A stretch of 64,000 nucleotides of DNA from a virus: IMG/VR virus record IMGVR_UViG_3300046000_003154, positions 1 through 64,000 of that record; one strand, written 5' to 3'. This document shows positions 9,180-18,820 of the stretch, piece after piece. The notes below the pieces were generated by a model. That model made no database searches, had not been told where the DNA came from, and saw nothing but the letters and a program-made list of their open reading frames with translations. Numbering within the stretch: position 1 is the stretch's first letter; each line of letters opens with the position of its first letter. Both the position numbers and the translations under genes were made by a program.

Positions 9180-10638
9180 AGCTTGTACTTTCATATCATC
9201 AAACAGTAATGATTCTCAATAAACACATTCAATAAAACGCTCTACAAGGCATCAATAGACTATTCATGTAGGGTAGCATAGGATAGAACAAAACAACGTA
9301 AGGAAGACCCCATAGAAACGATTTAATAGGGGATAGAGAATCAGTAGGACAATCACTGAAATTTATCTGTAGCTTCGCTGAGAATCACTGAGAATCGCTG
9401 AGAATAAATGTGATAATTTCCCATTTATATTGGACTACTGTGGGACCATTGAAAACCATTGAGAATGTTTTGAGAATCTTTGGTATTTTTTATTACTCTC
9501 TGGTATTCTCTGAGACTCTCTGTTCACTTTCTGTACTGATCAGTCTATATTATTACCAGACAGTATCAGATCACTTCCAGATCCACTCCAAGAACTCTCC
9601 AAGGTTTCTCCCACCTACCACAAATAATCCTCCATGTCAATTCTGATGATCCTCTGATGATCCTCTGTGGCTTCGCTGATATCCACCCAGATCCCTACCA
9701 CAAACAGATCCAGAAGTCAACCAGAACCACATCCAGAACCAGATATCCAGAACCAGAACGAGATCCAGAACCACTATCATAACCATAGCACCCACACCAT
9801 ACCCAGAGCGGCATCCAGCCTATAATGCGTTTTTGAACATTATTACTTGTGTGGTCATGTAGGGTAGGTAGGGTATCTGTAAATATGTGTTTTTATGCTC
9901 TGTAAGTCCTTGATTTATAAGGCTTTTTTTCTGCGTTTTTTCATTATTTTGCGTAATGCCTTTCTGATGATTCTCTGAGGCTTATCTGATGATCCTTGAC
10001 AGACCTTTGATTGTATGATAGGAATCTCTGAGGGTATCTGTGCATCCTTATATAATTGTCTGCTTATATGCTGATGGACTTATGAATGATTCTCTAACAT
10101 ATCTCTGAGGATTTGTCAAGTGTTTTCTGTTGACTCGCTGATAGGATTCGCAGAGGGTTTCCGAATGCCTTCCTAGCACGTTTTGGAGGATTTGTCAAGT
10201 GTTTTCCGAGGGTTTGAAAATAAATAAAAATATATTTGTTTGTTGCGAAAATGGTCGATACTGGAGTGAAATAGTCGGGAAATGCTTGACAGGGGGCCAA
10301 AAAGAGTGTATGGAAGGGTGGTCGGGAGTCCTCTGGGTGGGGCTAAGAATCCTTTGAGCCTCAAATCATTCTCAAAAAATTTTCTAGAACGAAAACCAAA
10401 TCATTCTCAAATTTTTTTCTAATATACCCTCTAACGAAGTCTCTATGGATTTTCTGATAAGCCTCAAATTTTCCCCTACAAAAAGTCTCTAAAAAATTTT
10501 CCCAGAAATTTTTACAGTGGAAATAGACGCCCATAGAGGACAAGCTAAAGCGAGTCCATAAAAAATCCCCTGAGAATTAACTGAGGGGATTCTGGGAGTC
10601 TCTGATGACCTTCTGATGATTCTGTAATGGTATGGGAA
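9180..10638. repeat. gene-free region rich in short degenerate direct repeats (iteron-like)
   Basis: ctgagaatc x3 at 9378-9410; ccagaacc x5 at 9720-9775; ctgatga(t/c)cctctg repeats; ggatttgtcaagtgttttc duplicated at 10108 and 10183. Confidence 0.5.
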
Positions 10639-11334
10639 TTAGACCACACACACTTCTAGAGGTTGCCAAAGATTCACTACTGGCATGATTGGTTTCTCTA
10701 TTACTGGAACAACGGTTTCTTTATCCCCATGATTCGCAAATTCGCCATGATGTTCGTTTCTGAGAGATATAACTTTTGCTTCTGCTTCTTCTAGAGTATC
10801 ATAACACCCTCCCCATATCATCTTATTATTGACACCAACGTTTACACAAAATTTTCCTTTTCTCATGAACACTCCTTTGACACCAGTTTTATTGTTTTTT
10901 GCTGTTTTTCTATTATAAGAATTTTGTGTGTTTGTCGCTAGTCTTAAATTTTTTAATATGGTATTTCTTGGATTGTTGTCATCATGATCGATCACGAAAC
11001 CTTTTTGTGGGAAGCTACCATAAACATACAACCAAATTAAATTATGATTTTTGTATGTGTTATATTCTAGAGTAATTCTTCTATATCCTTTTATGTCTTC
11101 GGAACCAGCATGATCCCCAAAATATACTCCGCATCCTTTTGGTGGATTCTTCCAAGTCAACAAACCTGTCTCTGGATCGTAATTAAAGAAGTATCTGACT
11201 TTTTCCTGAGTGAGTATTGGTTTGATCTTGCCCAACCTGTACTGCACGATATCAATGGCTTTCTGCACAACCTCTGATGACCCACTGACACTATCTAATG
11301 CTTCTTTGATCGTTTCAAGTTCTTCTTTGTCCAT
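10639..11334 (-). CDS. HNH homing endonuclease with AP2 DNA-binding domain
   Basis: GFVIDHDDNNPRNTILKNLRLATNTQN (HNH) and GVKGVF...WGGCYDTLEEA (AP2-like). Confidence 0.75.
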   Translation of the reverse strand: MDKEELETIKEALDSVSGSSEVVQKAIDIVQYRLGKIKPILTQEKVRYFFNYDPETGLLTWKNPPKGCGVYFGDHAGSEDIKGYRRITLEYNTYKNHNLIWLYVYGSFPQKGFVIDHDDNNPRNTILKNLRLATNTQNSYNRKTAKNNKTGVKGVFMRKGKFCVNVGVNNKMIWGGCYDTLEEAEAKVISLRNEHHGEFANHGDKETVVPVIEKPIMPVVNLWQPLEVCVV

Positions 11335-11439
11335 ACACTCTCCTAGAGTTATAAAGGTATCATTTTACATCTTAAATCGATCATTGTCAACTTTATGTAC
11401 GATTTATACAACATTAATGAAAATAGTTGAAAATAGTAC

Positions 11440-11468
11440 TTGACAAGGTTTTTTCATGGTGTTAGAAT
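11440..11468 (+). promoter_or_regulatory. sigma70-like promoter (TTGACA-N17-TAGAAT)
   Basis: TTGACA 11440-11445, TAGAAT 11463-11468. Confidence 0.45.
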
Positions 11469-11508
11469 TCAGGTGTTCCGCTTTGATAATATTTAATTAT
11501 TAGATTGT

Positions 11509-11516
11509 TATAAATA
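11509..11516 (+). promoter_or_regulatory. T4-type late promoter box TATAAATA
   Basis: exact TATAAATA about 30 nt upstream of ATG 11546, ahead of the internal-protein operon. Confidence 0.4.
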
Positions 11517-11545
11517 GTCTCTAGAAGAATAACTAAAACAATAAT

Positions 11546-11749
11546 ATGTGTACAATTAAAACAATGAAGAATATAGAGAACACAATGATTCTATTATGGA
11601 TCGCAATATGGATAACATGTATTACAATCATTCCACATGAAATAATACATTTTATACTTGCTATCATTGCTGGTATTAAATTTTCTGAATGGATGATGAA
11701 ACTAACCCAAATGGTAATATACAAATATGACAAATATAAAAACGTTTAA
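11546..11749 (+). CDS. small membrane protein
   Basis: 67-aa hydrophobic ORF. Confidence 0.3.
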   Translation: MCTIKTMKNIENTMILLWIAIWITCITIIPHEIIHFILAIIAGIKFSEWMMKLTQMVIYKYDKYKNV

Positions 11750-12401
11750 AGAATTTATTTCTGAGGAAGAACGTGTAAATGCTTCTGGAAGAACTCAAGT
11801 AGCAACCACTGGAGGAACTTATGAGAAAACTGGAAAGTTCCTCAAAGATAAGCTACCACCAAAGGCTAAGATTGTTTCTATTGGTGCTGGTCTAGATCAT
11901 ACTCGTAAGGCACTCCATACAGGTCTAGGAGAAAATTCTGGTCATACTGTACACGATATGGAACCTAATCCAGAAGGACGTAAAGAAGCACCAGAATATA
12001 CCAAGGGTGAAGACATTCCTAAGAACCACTATCATGCTGCTGTTTCTCATAATGTCTTGAATGTTGTAGAACCCCATGTAAGAGAACATGTAATGCATTC
12101 TATATTCCATTCTGTTAAAGAAGGTGGTCATGCAGTTATTGGTACTCGTAAATGGAAGGGTGATATTGAGAAGAATAAAAATAGTATTCCCGGTGATGAA
12201 CCAAAGAGTATGTGGGTTAAGCGTAAGAAAAAAGGTGGTGGAGAAGAAACTTCATACCAAAAGGGATTTGATGGAAATGAACTCAAAGACTATGTTGAAG
12301 ATTACGCCAAGAGACATGGACACGAAGTAGAAGTCCATAAAGTACCTCTAGCAGCTTCTGGTGTTCATGTGCATATTAAAAAGAAAAATGAAAAGCTTTA
12401 A
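11727..12401 (+). CDS. putative internal head protein with T4-like capsid-targeting N-terminus
   Basis: N-terminus MTNIKTFKEFISEEE resembles the T4 IP capsid-targeting signal MKTYQEFIAE with an (L/I)xE protease site; first of four translationally coupled genes. Confidence 0.5.
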   Translation: MTNIKTFKEFISEEERVNASGRTQVATTGGTYEKTGKFLKDKLPPKAKIVSIGAGLDHTRKALHTGLGENSGHTVHDMEPNPEGRKEAPEYTKGEDIPKNHYHAAVSHNVLNVVEPHVREHVMHSIFHSVKEGGHAVIGTRKWKGDIEKNKNSIPGDEPKSMWVKRKKKGGGEETSYQKGFDGNELKDYVEDYAKRHGHEVEVHKVPLAASGVHVHIKKKNEKL

Positions 12402-12726
12402 AGAATATATTATCGAAAACTCTTCTCAAAAAGAGAAAGATAATTTCCACTATGATTCATCTAAGTTTGATTCCAATGGTGTGTTCTCTGGAATGGGGCA
12501 TAAATTTTTTGCTGTTGGAGCCACTGTAAAGACACCAGAGATATACAAAGGTGTCGGTCATGGTGTGGTAAAGAATGTGTATAAAAAAAATGGTTCTGGT
12601 GGTGTCAATTATGAAATAGAACATAATTTGCCAAAAGGTCATGAAGACGCATATGATGAAAATGGTGAACCAGACCATAAAAAAACAGCAATTCATTCTG
12701 ATGATGCTTTACAGAGACATAACTAA
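12388..12726 (+). CDS. putative internal head protein (CTS family)
   Basis: N-terminus MKSFKEYIIENS; ORF trimmed to this ATG. Confidence 0.45.
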   Translation: MKSFKEYIIENSSQKEKDNFHYDSSKFDSNGVFSGMGHKFFAVGATVKTPEIYKGVGHGVVKNVYKKNGSGGVNYEIEHNLPKGHEDAYDENGEPDHKKTAIHSDDALQRHN

Positions 12727-13205
12727 TGAAAACCTTTAAAGATTTCCTAAATGAAGAAAAATCTGTAGGTAAGAAAATGGGACACGATCTATACGTCCAC
12801 AAAGACTATGCTGAGAACCATCCAGACATTCCCCATGAAGGACTCCAAAAAGCCAAGAGTCACCTTCCTAAAGATTTTGATTACACTGCTGTTAAATATA
12901 ATAAAAAAGAAGGTTCTCATTCTTTTATTCATTCTCCAGACTTTGACACTGCTGACGAACCAACTGTAGGAAAATCTATTAAAGTTCATGCATCAGGAGA
13001 AACAAAGGTAAACAATCCTCCAAAAGATCCTCTAATCTGGCATGGAAAACATCAATGGGTTAAAGATGATCATAAAGGATTTGATGTAGAAAAATCTAAA
13101 GAACGTCATAAACATTGGAAGTCTGTTCTTGGTGTTAATAAAGATGTGTCAAGCAGAATTGGTCGTAAATCATATTGGGACAAATGGACTAAAGAAAACC
13201 TATGA
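12726..13205 (+). CDS. putative internal head protein (CTS family)
   Basis: N-terminus MKTFKDFLNEEK; ATGA overlaps with neighbours. Confidence 0.5.
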   Translation: MKTFKDFLNEEKSVGKKMGHDLYVHKDYAENHPDIPHEGLQKAKSHLPKDFDYTAVKYNKKEGSHSFIHSPDFDTADEPTVGKSIKVHASGETKVNNPPKDPLIWHGKHQWVKDDHKGFDVEKSKERHKHWKSVLGVNKDVSSRIGRKSYWDKWTKENL

Positions 13206-14110
13206 AGTCATTTAAAGATTATAATAAAGAAAAAGAATCCAAGAAAATTCCAACACTTTCTTGGGACTCTTCTTTTGCCGAACAAAGACCAAAAGGTAAA
13301 AAAAGAGAATCAGTGTTATCATGGGATTCTGCCTTTGCTGATGTTCGTGATAAGAAACCAATCAAAGAAGCAAAAGAGAAATTTAATTTAGATACTTCAT
13401 ACAAATCGCATGAATCACAAGGTTTCAATAAAGTTGGTTGTTCATATGACGAAAATTTTCATGGACATTCTCAAGTAAAACCTCAAAGTTTAACCAAAGA
13501 ACATGAAAATGCTATTAGACATTATTCAGAGGATTCTTCTGGTAACGATGAACATGGACACGCATCTTCTGGTAATATGAATGCATGGTTAAGAAATAAA
13601 GAAGGTGATGGAAAACAAAATATTCGTGGTAAACATGATCCAAAGAATGTTGAAAAATCTGTCAAGAAATTATCATCTGCTTTTACTCGTGAAAATACCA
13701 ACCGCAAACCATTAACGACATATGGTGGAGTTCCAGAACACATTGGAAATAAATTAGAGAATAGTGGAAAAGGTGCTGAACATCATTTAGCTGGATTCAC
13801 ATCAACATCATCTTCTGTTCGTACTGCTAAACATTTTGCTCGTACCTATAATGGTCGTGATAATTCTAAAGTGCATCACATAGTAAAATATGATGTAAAG
13901 CCTCATGCTGGATTATCTATAGCAGGACATTCAACCTATCCAGAAAATGAAGTAATGTTGCATCATGGGGCTAAAGTCAAATATTCTCATACAACAGAAC
14001 ATGATGATGGTGAAGATGGAACTATTAAAGTGCATCATGTTACTGTATCACCAAGACATAAGAAATTGTCAGAATATGGTGAATATCACGATACTTCAAA
14101 TTTTTCTTGA
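13202..14110 (+). CDS. ADP-ribosyltransferase with capsid-targeting N-terminus (Alt-like)
   Basis: N-terminus MKSFKDYNKEKE; R ... GFTSTSSS (STS motif) ... ENEVML (ExE motif) = R-S-E ART signature. Confidence 0.55.
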   Translation: MKSFKDYNKEKESKKIPTLSWDSSFAEQRPKGKKRESVLSWDSAFADVRDKKPIKEAKEKFNLDTSYKSHESQGFNKVGCSYDENFHGHSQVKPQSLTKEHENAIRHYSEDSSGNDEHGHASSGNMNAWLRNKEGDGKQNIRGKHDPKNVEKSVKKLSSAFTRENTNRKPLTTYGGVPEHIGNKLENSGKGAEHHLAGFTSTSSSVRTAKHFARTYNGRDNSKVHHIVKYDVKPHAGLSIAGHSTYPENEVMLHHGAKVKYSHTTEHDDGEDGTIKVHHVTVSPRHKKLSEYGEYHDTSNFS

Positions 14111-14135
14111 CAATTCTCTAAAAATTCTCTAAAAT
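14107..14135 (+). promoter_or_regulatory. sigma70-like promoter (TTGACA-N17-TAAAAT)
   Basis: TTGACA 14107-14112, TAAAAT 14130-14135. Confidence 0.4.
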
Positions 14136-14167
14136 CCCTCTAACTAAAAACTAGAGGGATTTTTTAT
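14136..14167 (+). terminator. rho-independent terminator after the ART gene
   Basis: ccctcta-actaaaaac-tagaggg followed by ATTTTTTAT. Confidence 0.55.
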
Positions 14168-14651
14168 GAATATCTTTGTTGTGCATCCAGATCCTATTGT
14201 TTCTGCTCAGATGCTAAATGATAAACACGTAGTAAAAATGATCTTAGAAAGTGCTCAGATTCTTTCTACTGTCAATTTTAAAAATAATAAAAAAGCTACT
14301 TATAAACCAACGCATCACAATCACCCATGTACGCTTTGGGCTGGTAAGACTGTGGATAACTACAACTGGTTAAAACAACATGGAATTGCTCTTTGTGAGG
14401 AATATACCAACAGATACAAGAAAATTCATAAAAGTATGCAATATTACTTTACAGAATACAATATTCCTGATACAATTAAAGACATTGGATTAACAGAATT
14501 CGTCCAAGCAATGCCAGAACAGTATCGTGACATTAATCCTGTGTTGGCATATCGTAAGTATTATATTGGTGAAAAGTCTGGATTTTCTAAGTGGACAAAC
14601 AGAGAAATTCCTAGTTGGTTTGAGTACAGAAATATTGAAATGGAGATGTAA
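14166..14651 (+). CDS. pyrimidine-dimer DNA glycosylase (denV / endonuclease V)-like
   Basis: N-terminal IFVVHPDPIVSAQML and C-terminal AYRKYYIGEK resemble T4 DenV (INLTLVSELADQHL ... WYKYYGKA) as recalled from memory. Confidence 0.45.
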   Translation: MNIFVVHPDPIVSAQMLNDKHVVKMILESAQILSTVNFKNNKKATYKPTHHNHPCTLWAGKTVDNYNWLKQHGIALCEEYTNRYKKIHKSMQYYFTEYNIPDTIKDIGLTEFVQAMPEQYRDINPVLAYRKYYIGEKSGFSKWTNREIPSWFEYRNIEMEM

Positions 14652-14652
14652 A

Positions 14653-15051
14653 ATGACAAGAAAGAAAACTAAATGTCATAATGAATCATGCAACAATTTA
14701 TCTTTTGGTTTTTTATGTAGACCTTGTGACTTAGAACGAAGAAAAAAACCTTATACAAGACAAGAATATTGTAGAGAATGGAATCTTAATAAAAAATATG
14801 GTTTAGACTCTTCTGGATTTGATGTTTTATGGATTGCTTTTAGGGGGAAATGCGGAATATGCGACAAAATTTTAAAAATGCCTGAATATAAAAGAGGGCA
14901 ATCTTTAGATGTAGCTGCTATTGATCATGATCATAAAACTGGAAATATTAGAGGTTTATTATGTAATTCATGTAATAAAGGTATTGGACATTTTTACGAT
15001 GACGTAAATATTTTAAAAAATGCTATTAATTGGTTGGAGAAACAAAAATGA
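14653..15051 (+). CDS. endonuclease VII-like (HNH family) nuclease
   Basis: AIDHDHKTGNIRGLLCNSCNKGIGHF matches the T4 gp49 EndoVII motif DHDHxTGxxRGLLCxxCN; N-terminal CHNESC...CRPC. Confidence 0.65.
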   Translation: MTRKKTKCHNESCNNLSFGFLCRPCDLERRKKPYTRQEYCREWNLNKKYGLDSSGFDVLWIAFRGKCGICDKILKMPEYKRGQSLDVAAIDHDHKTGNIRGLLCNSCNKGIGHFYDDVNILKNAINWLEKQK

Positions 15052-16097
15052 GAAAATTAGCTACAATTAGGAAAATTTCAAATATCATTAGTATTCCAGA
15101 TGCAGATAAAATTTGCACATATGTTGTTGATGGATGGACTATTGTTGATAATGTTGGAAAATATCAAATTGACGAATTAGTTATTATGATAGAAATAGAT
15201 TCATGGATTCCAACAGAACTTGCTCCATTTCTTTCTAAGGGCAAAGAACCTCGTGAATATAATGGTGTCAAAGGTGAAAAACTAAGAACCATTAGACTAC
15301 GCAAGCAACTCTCACAAGGGTTGATTCTTCCATTGAAAGTTCTGATTAAATCACATGGTAAAGATTCTTTTAGTAGCACAGTTCCGTATGTAGAAGATAA
15401 TGATGTAACTGAATTTCTAGGAATTCAAAAGTGGGAAGCACCAATTAATGCTCAACTTGCTGGTCTTGTTCGTGGTAACTTTCCTTCTCTTGTCCCAAAG
15501 ACAGATCAAGAGCGTATTCAGAATCTAAAAAATGAATTAGATCAATGGACAAACAATGAAAACTTTACATGGGAAATATCTGAGAAACTTGAAGGATCAT
15601 CTTGTACCATGTATATTGATGACGAAGGTGAATTCCATGTTTGTTCTCGTAATCTAGACTTAAAGAAAGATGAAAATAATTCTTTCTGGAAAGTTGCTAT
15701 AGATAATAAAATAGAACAAAAGATGAAGGATGCTGGTCTAATGGGATATGCACTTCAAGGTGAATTAGTAGGTGCTGGTATTCAAGGTAACATATACGAA
15801 ATGCAAGATCAACGTTTCTATGTTTATGATATATACGATACGCACAAGGGGGAATTTATTAAGCCTTTGTATGTAAGAGTTTTATGTCAAGAAATGGGAA
15901 TTAATCATGTCCCTATTATGGATGTTGCATTCGTTATTGATAAGACTATGAGCCAAATGTTAGATTTTGCTGATGGTCAGTCTGTAATGGGTCTAATTGG
16001 ATGCTTGCGAGAAGGTTTAGTATTCAAGTGTAATGAATATGGTGGACCAAGTTTTAAAGTAATATCTAATAAGTATCTATTAGGAGTTAAGGATTAA
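15048..16097 (+). CDS. RNA ligase-like nucleotidyltransferase
   Basis: N-terminus MRKLATIRKI; candidate motif I KLEGSS (KxxG); ATGA overlap with EndoVII gene. Confidence 0.45.
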   Translation: MRKLATIRKISNIISIPDADKICTYVVDGWTIVDNVGKYQIDELVIMIEIDSWIPTELAPFLSKGKEPREYNGVKGEKLRTIRLRKQLSQGLILPLKVLIKSHGKDSFSSTVPYVEDNDVTEFLGIQKWEAPINAQLAGLVRGNFPSLVPKTDQERIQNLKNELDQWTNNENFTWEISEKLEGSSCTMYIDDEGEFHVCSRNLDLKKDENNSFWKVAIDNKIEQKMKDAGLMGYALQGELVGAGIQGNIYEMQDQRFYVYDIYDTHKGEFIKPLYVRVLCQEMGINHVPIMDVAFVIDKTMSQMLDFADGQSVMGLIGCLREGLVFKCNEYGGPSFKVISNKYLLGVKD

Positions 16098-16388
16098 TAT
16101 GTCGGCAATAGCTTATATATTAATTACTATAATAATTTTTGGATTACTTATAGGATTAGTGACATTGCTTGGTATGTTGTTTGAATTATGAAAGATTAAT
16201 TTATGTTTAGTATGGTAATGTTTTTTGTGGCAGTGTTTATTTTTGTGAATGTGTTTGCATCTGTAGTGTACAAAACAACAATTAATGAAAAAATAATTTT
16301 TATGAAGTTTGTTTTGTATGGTATAGTAATGATACTAATCACATTGGGTGTAATTGGTGTTTTTGTTAGTTTATTTTAAAGGAAAAAT

Positions 16389-17192
16389 ATGAAAAAGCTT
16401 TTTGGTATGTTTTTTGTTGTGTTGGCACTAGTAGGACTTCAAGCTTGTACTAGAATTGAAACTGGTGAGGTTGGGGTTCGAATTAATGCTTCGAAACAAA
16501 TTGAAGGAAATGAATTAATGCCCGGTTCTTGGAATCAAACATTAGTTGGTCATGTTTTAACTTTTCCGGTTAAAGATATTACAGTTAGTCTTGAAAATAA
16601 GACACCAATGACACTAGATAATTCTGCACTTGCTGATTTTGACATTACTGTAGTGTATGCAATCAATCCATCGTCTGTTGCTGAAATTTATTCTACAAAA
16701 TCAAGGTCTTTCCATACAGAGGATAAAAGTGGAGATATTTACTTGATGTATTCTTATATTTCGACTTTGGTTAATAATGCATCCTATAAAGCTATTAGAG
16801 GTTATAAGGCTTTAGATGTTGCTGATAATCGTGCAAAGTTAGAGCAGGAAATTCATGCTATCGTAGCTGAACAATTGAAAGTGGAAAAGTTGGACACATC
16901 AATTAGTCTTACTGTTGTTCAAATTCGTAATGTGCAACCAAATGCTGAAATTTTAAAGTCTGCTACAGATTATGTTCGTGCTCAGAATGAATTGAAAATT
17001 AAAGAGACTGAAGTTGCTATTGCTAAGAAAGAATCAGAACGTATGGCAGCATTATCATCAAATTCTGTACAATCTATTGCTTATATGCAAGCACAAGCAC
17101 AAATGAAAATTGCAGAGGGGATTGCTGCTGGTAAGGTGAATACCATTGTAGTTCCTATGGATTTCAAAGGTATGGTTAATGTTGGTAAATAA
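16389..17192 (+). CDS. lipoprotein, SPFH/band-7-like
   Basis: signal + lipobox MKKLFGMFFVVLALVGLQAC; Ala/Glu-rich coiled-coil C-terminus typical of SPFH proteins. Confidence 0.4.
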   Translation: MKKLFGMFFVVLALVGLQACTRIETGEVGVRINASKQIEGNELMPGSWNQTLVGHVLTFPVKDITVSLENKTPMTLDNSALADFDITVVYAINPSSVAEIYSTKSRSFHTEDKSGDIYLMYSYISTLVNNASYKAIRGYKALDVADNRAKLEQEIHAIVAEQLKVEKLDTSISLTVVQIRNVQPNAEILKSATDYVRAQNELKIKETEVAIAKKESERMAALSSNSVQSIAYMQAQAQMKIAEGIAAGKVNTIVVPMDFKGMVNVGK

Positions 17193-17202
17193 GGAGTAAA
17201 TT

Positions 17203-17553
17203 ATGGATGCAGTAAAAGTGGCAGTTGAAGATCTTTTGAAGGTTTTGAAAGAAAATCGTGAGAAACATGTAAAAGAATATGATGAAGCAATTGTTGGTTA
17301 TCGTATTGAATTGATTAAACAATTTAAAGAAAAACTAAATCAAGCCGAACGAAATTTGGATGTTGAACATTCTCTAAAATTAGTTCGACCAGTAACATAT
17401 GTGAATGATTATGATGATGCTATTATGATGATGGAATGGACTGTTGATAAGGAAGTTGAATTAGGTCGCCATGAATTCTTACAATATGTAAATGATTCAT
17501 GGTCATGGAAAAATAACTTCTCAAATATTTCTTCGTCATATAAATCAAAGTAA
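17203..17553 (+). CDS. hypothetical protein
   Basis: 116-aa ORF. Confidence 0.4.
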   Translation: MDAVKVAVEDLLKVLKENREKHVKEYDEAIVGYRIELIKQFKEKLNQAERNLDVEHSLKLVRPVTYVNDYDDAIMMMEWTVDKEVELGRHEFLQYVNDSWSWKNNFSNISSSYKSK

Positions 17554-17556
17554 ATC

Positions 17557-17979
17557 ATGGCATACAAGTCAACCAGAACGAAAACTGGCAACACTACAAG
17601 AACAGTAACTAAAAACAGCAATGGTGGTGTTAGATACACGACAAGTAAGTGTTACCATGAACCAAAAAAATCTGGTTTGACTATTTCTAATTCATGGTCT
17701 GGTGGAAATAAGAGAACAACCACTACTTATAAAAATGGTGGTGGTTGGATCACTAGAAAAAATACAACTCAAAATTTAGTTAAAGATTCTAAACCAGCAA
17801 AGAGATATAAAAATGTTGGTGACGAAAACTATGATTGTGATGATGATTCAGAAAATGACGAAAATTTCTTATACACTTTAGCTATGTTTCCTATTCGTGT
17901 TCTTGGTTTTTTGTTTAAAGTAATTTGTATAATTTTATTTTTTGTTTTTGTTGTACAAATAGTAATTCTTGTGTTATAA
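17557..17979 (+). CDS. C-terminally membrane-anchored basic protein
   Basis: Thr/Lys-rich N-terminus, acidic stretch, single C-terminal TM helix. Confidence 0.4.
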   Translation: MAYKSTRTKTGNTTRTVTKNSNGGVRYTTSKCYHEPKKSGLTISNSWSGGNKRTTTTYKNGGGWITRKNTTQNLVKDSKPAKRYKNVGDENYDCDDDSENDENFLYTLAMFPIRVLGFLFKVICIILFFVFVVQIVILVL

Positions 17980-17986
17980 TCAAGAC

Positions 17987-18340
17987 ATGACAAATACTAA
18001 AGAAAATTTACCACAAAAATTTGACGGAATTTACTTTCTGCCATCTTCTGAACAAGACTCTACTGTAAAATACTTATTTTTTGATTTATCAGAAGAATTT
18101 GTAAGTAGTCAAAAAGTTGATCATTCATCTATTGGAGATTGTTTTCATATTGCTTTTGTTAGACCAAATGAAAAAGGTATGCCAATTCTTAATGATCATT
18201 TTGAGGCTATATTGATAGATCCTATGACTTATCTTAGGACTCTGATTGGGACTGATATATATGGATGTATAGTGAGAAAGACAGAAAAATCTCATCTTTG
18301 GTTTAATCAATATGTTAATAGAATGAAGGAGTTAGTATGA
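17987..18340 (+). CDS. hypothetical protein
   Basis: ORF trimmed to ATG 17987. Confidence 0.4.
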   Translation: MTNTKENLPQKFDGIYFLPSSEQDSTVKYLFFDLSEEFVSSQKVDHSSIGDCFHIAFVRPNEKGMPILNDHFEAILIDPMTYLRTLIGTDIYGCIVRKTEKSHLWFNQYVNRMKELV

Positions 18341-18528
18341 AAAATACTTTGACGGTTTTAGGATTGTTTTTTATTTTTGTTTCAGTTTTGATTTTTATGC
18401 CATTACTAACAATTTGGGCATTGAATACATTATTTCCAGTGTTAGCAATTGGGTATAATATTTCTACTTGGTTTGCTGTTATTATTGTTGGTGGTTTTCT
18501 ACGTGCTAAAGTGAATATGAGTAAGTAA
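18337..18528 (+). CDS. small two-TM membrane protein
   Basis: 63-aa hydrophobic ORF. Confidence 0.35.
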   Translation: MKNTLTVLGLFFIFVSVLIFMPLLTIWALNTLFPVLAIGYNISTWFAVIIVGGFLRAKVNMSK

Positions 18529-18530
18529 TT

Positions 18531-18818
18531 ATGTCAAACACTTTAGCATTTGAAGAAAAAGAAACACGCGATTGGTTAAGAGGGTTGCTTCAAGAAGGGG
18601 TGATGACCATTCGTTTTAAGAAAGCTGATGGTACTGATCGTGTAATGATTTGTACCTTATCTGAATCTAAAATTCCAAATGAACATAAACCAAAAGGAAC
18701 AACAAAACGAATGGGGATATCAGAAGAAGTTCAAGTAGTTTTTGATTTAGAAGCAAATGGTTGGAGAAGTTTTCGTTGGGAATCTATTAATCAGTTAAGT
18801 TTTGATCTTGGAGGTTAA
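18531..18818 (+). CDS. hypothetical protein
   Basis: 95-aa ORF. Confidence 0.4.
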   Translation: MSNTLAFEEKETRDWLRGLLQEGVMTIRFKKADGTDRVMICTLSESKIPNEHKPKGTTKRMGISEEVQVVFDLEANGWRSFRWESINQLSFDLGG

Positions 18819-18820
18819 AT

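Noticed and set aside
9700-9790. ccagaacc periodic repeats considered as a CRISPR-like array
   Set aside because: Repeat unit only 8 bp with 4-6-bp spacers, no cas genes nearby; better described as iterons/simple repeats.
10094-10543. small minus-strand ORFs (10094-10300, 10173-10364, 10361-10543) in the iteron region
   Set aside because: Overlap each other in different frames, repeat-derived sequence, no RBS; region treated as non-coding.
15030-15047. TTG start at 15030 for the RNA ligase-like gene
   Set aside because: ATG at 15048 forms an ATGA overlap with the EndoVII stop and gives a conserved-looking N-terminus MRKLATIRKI.
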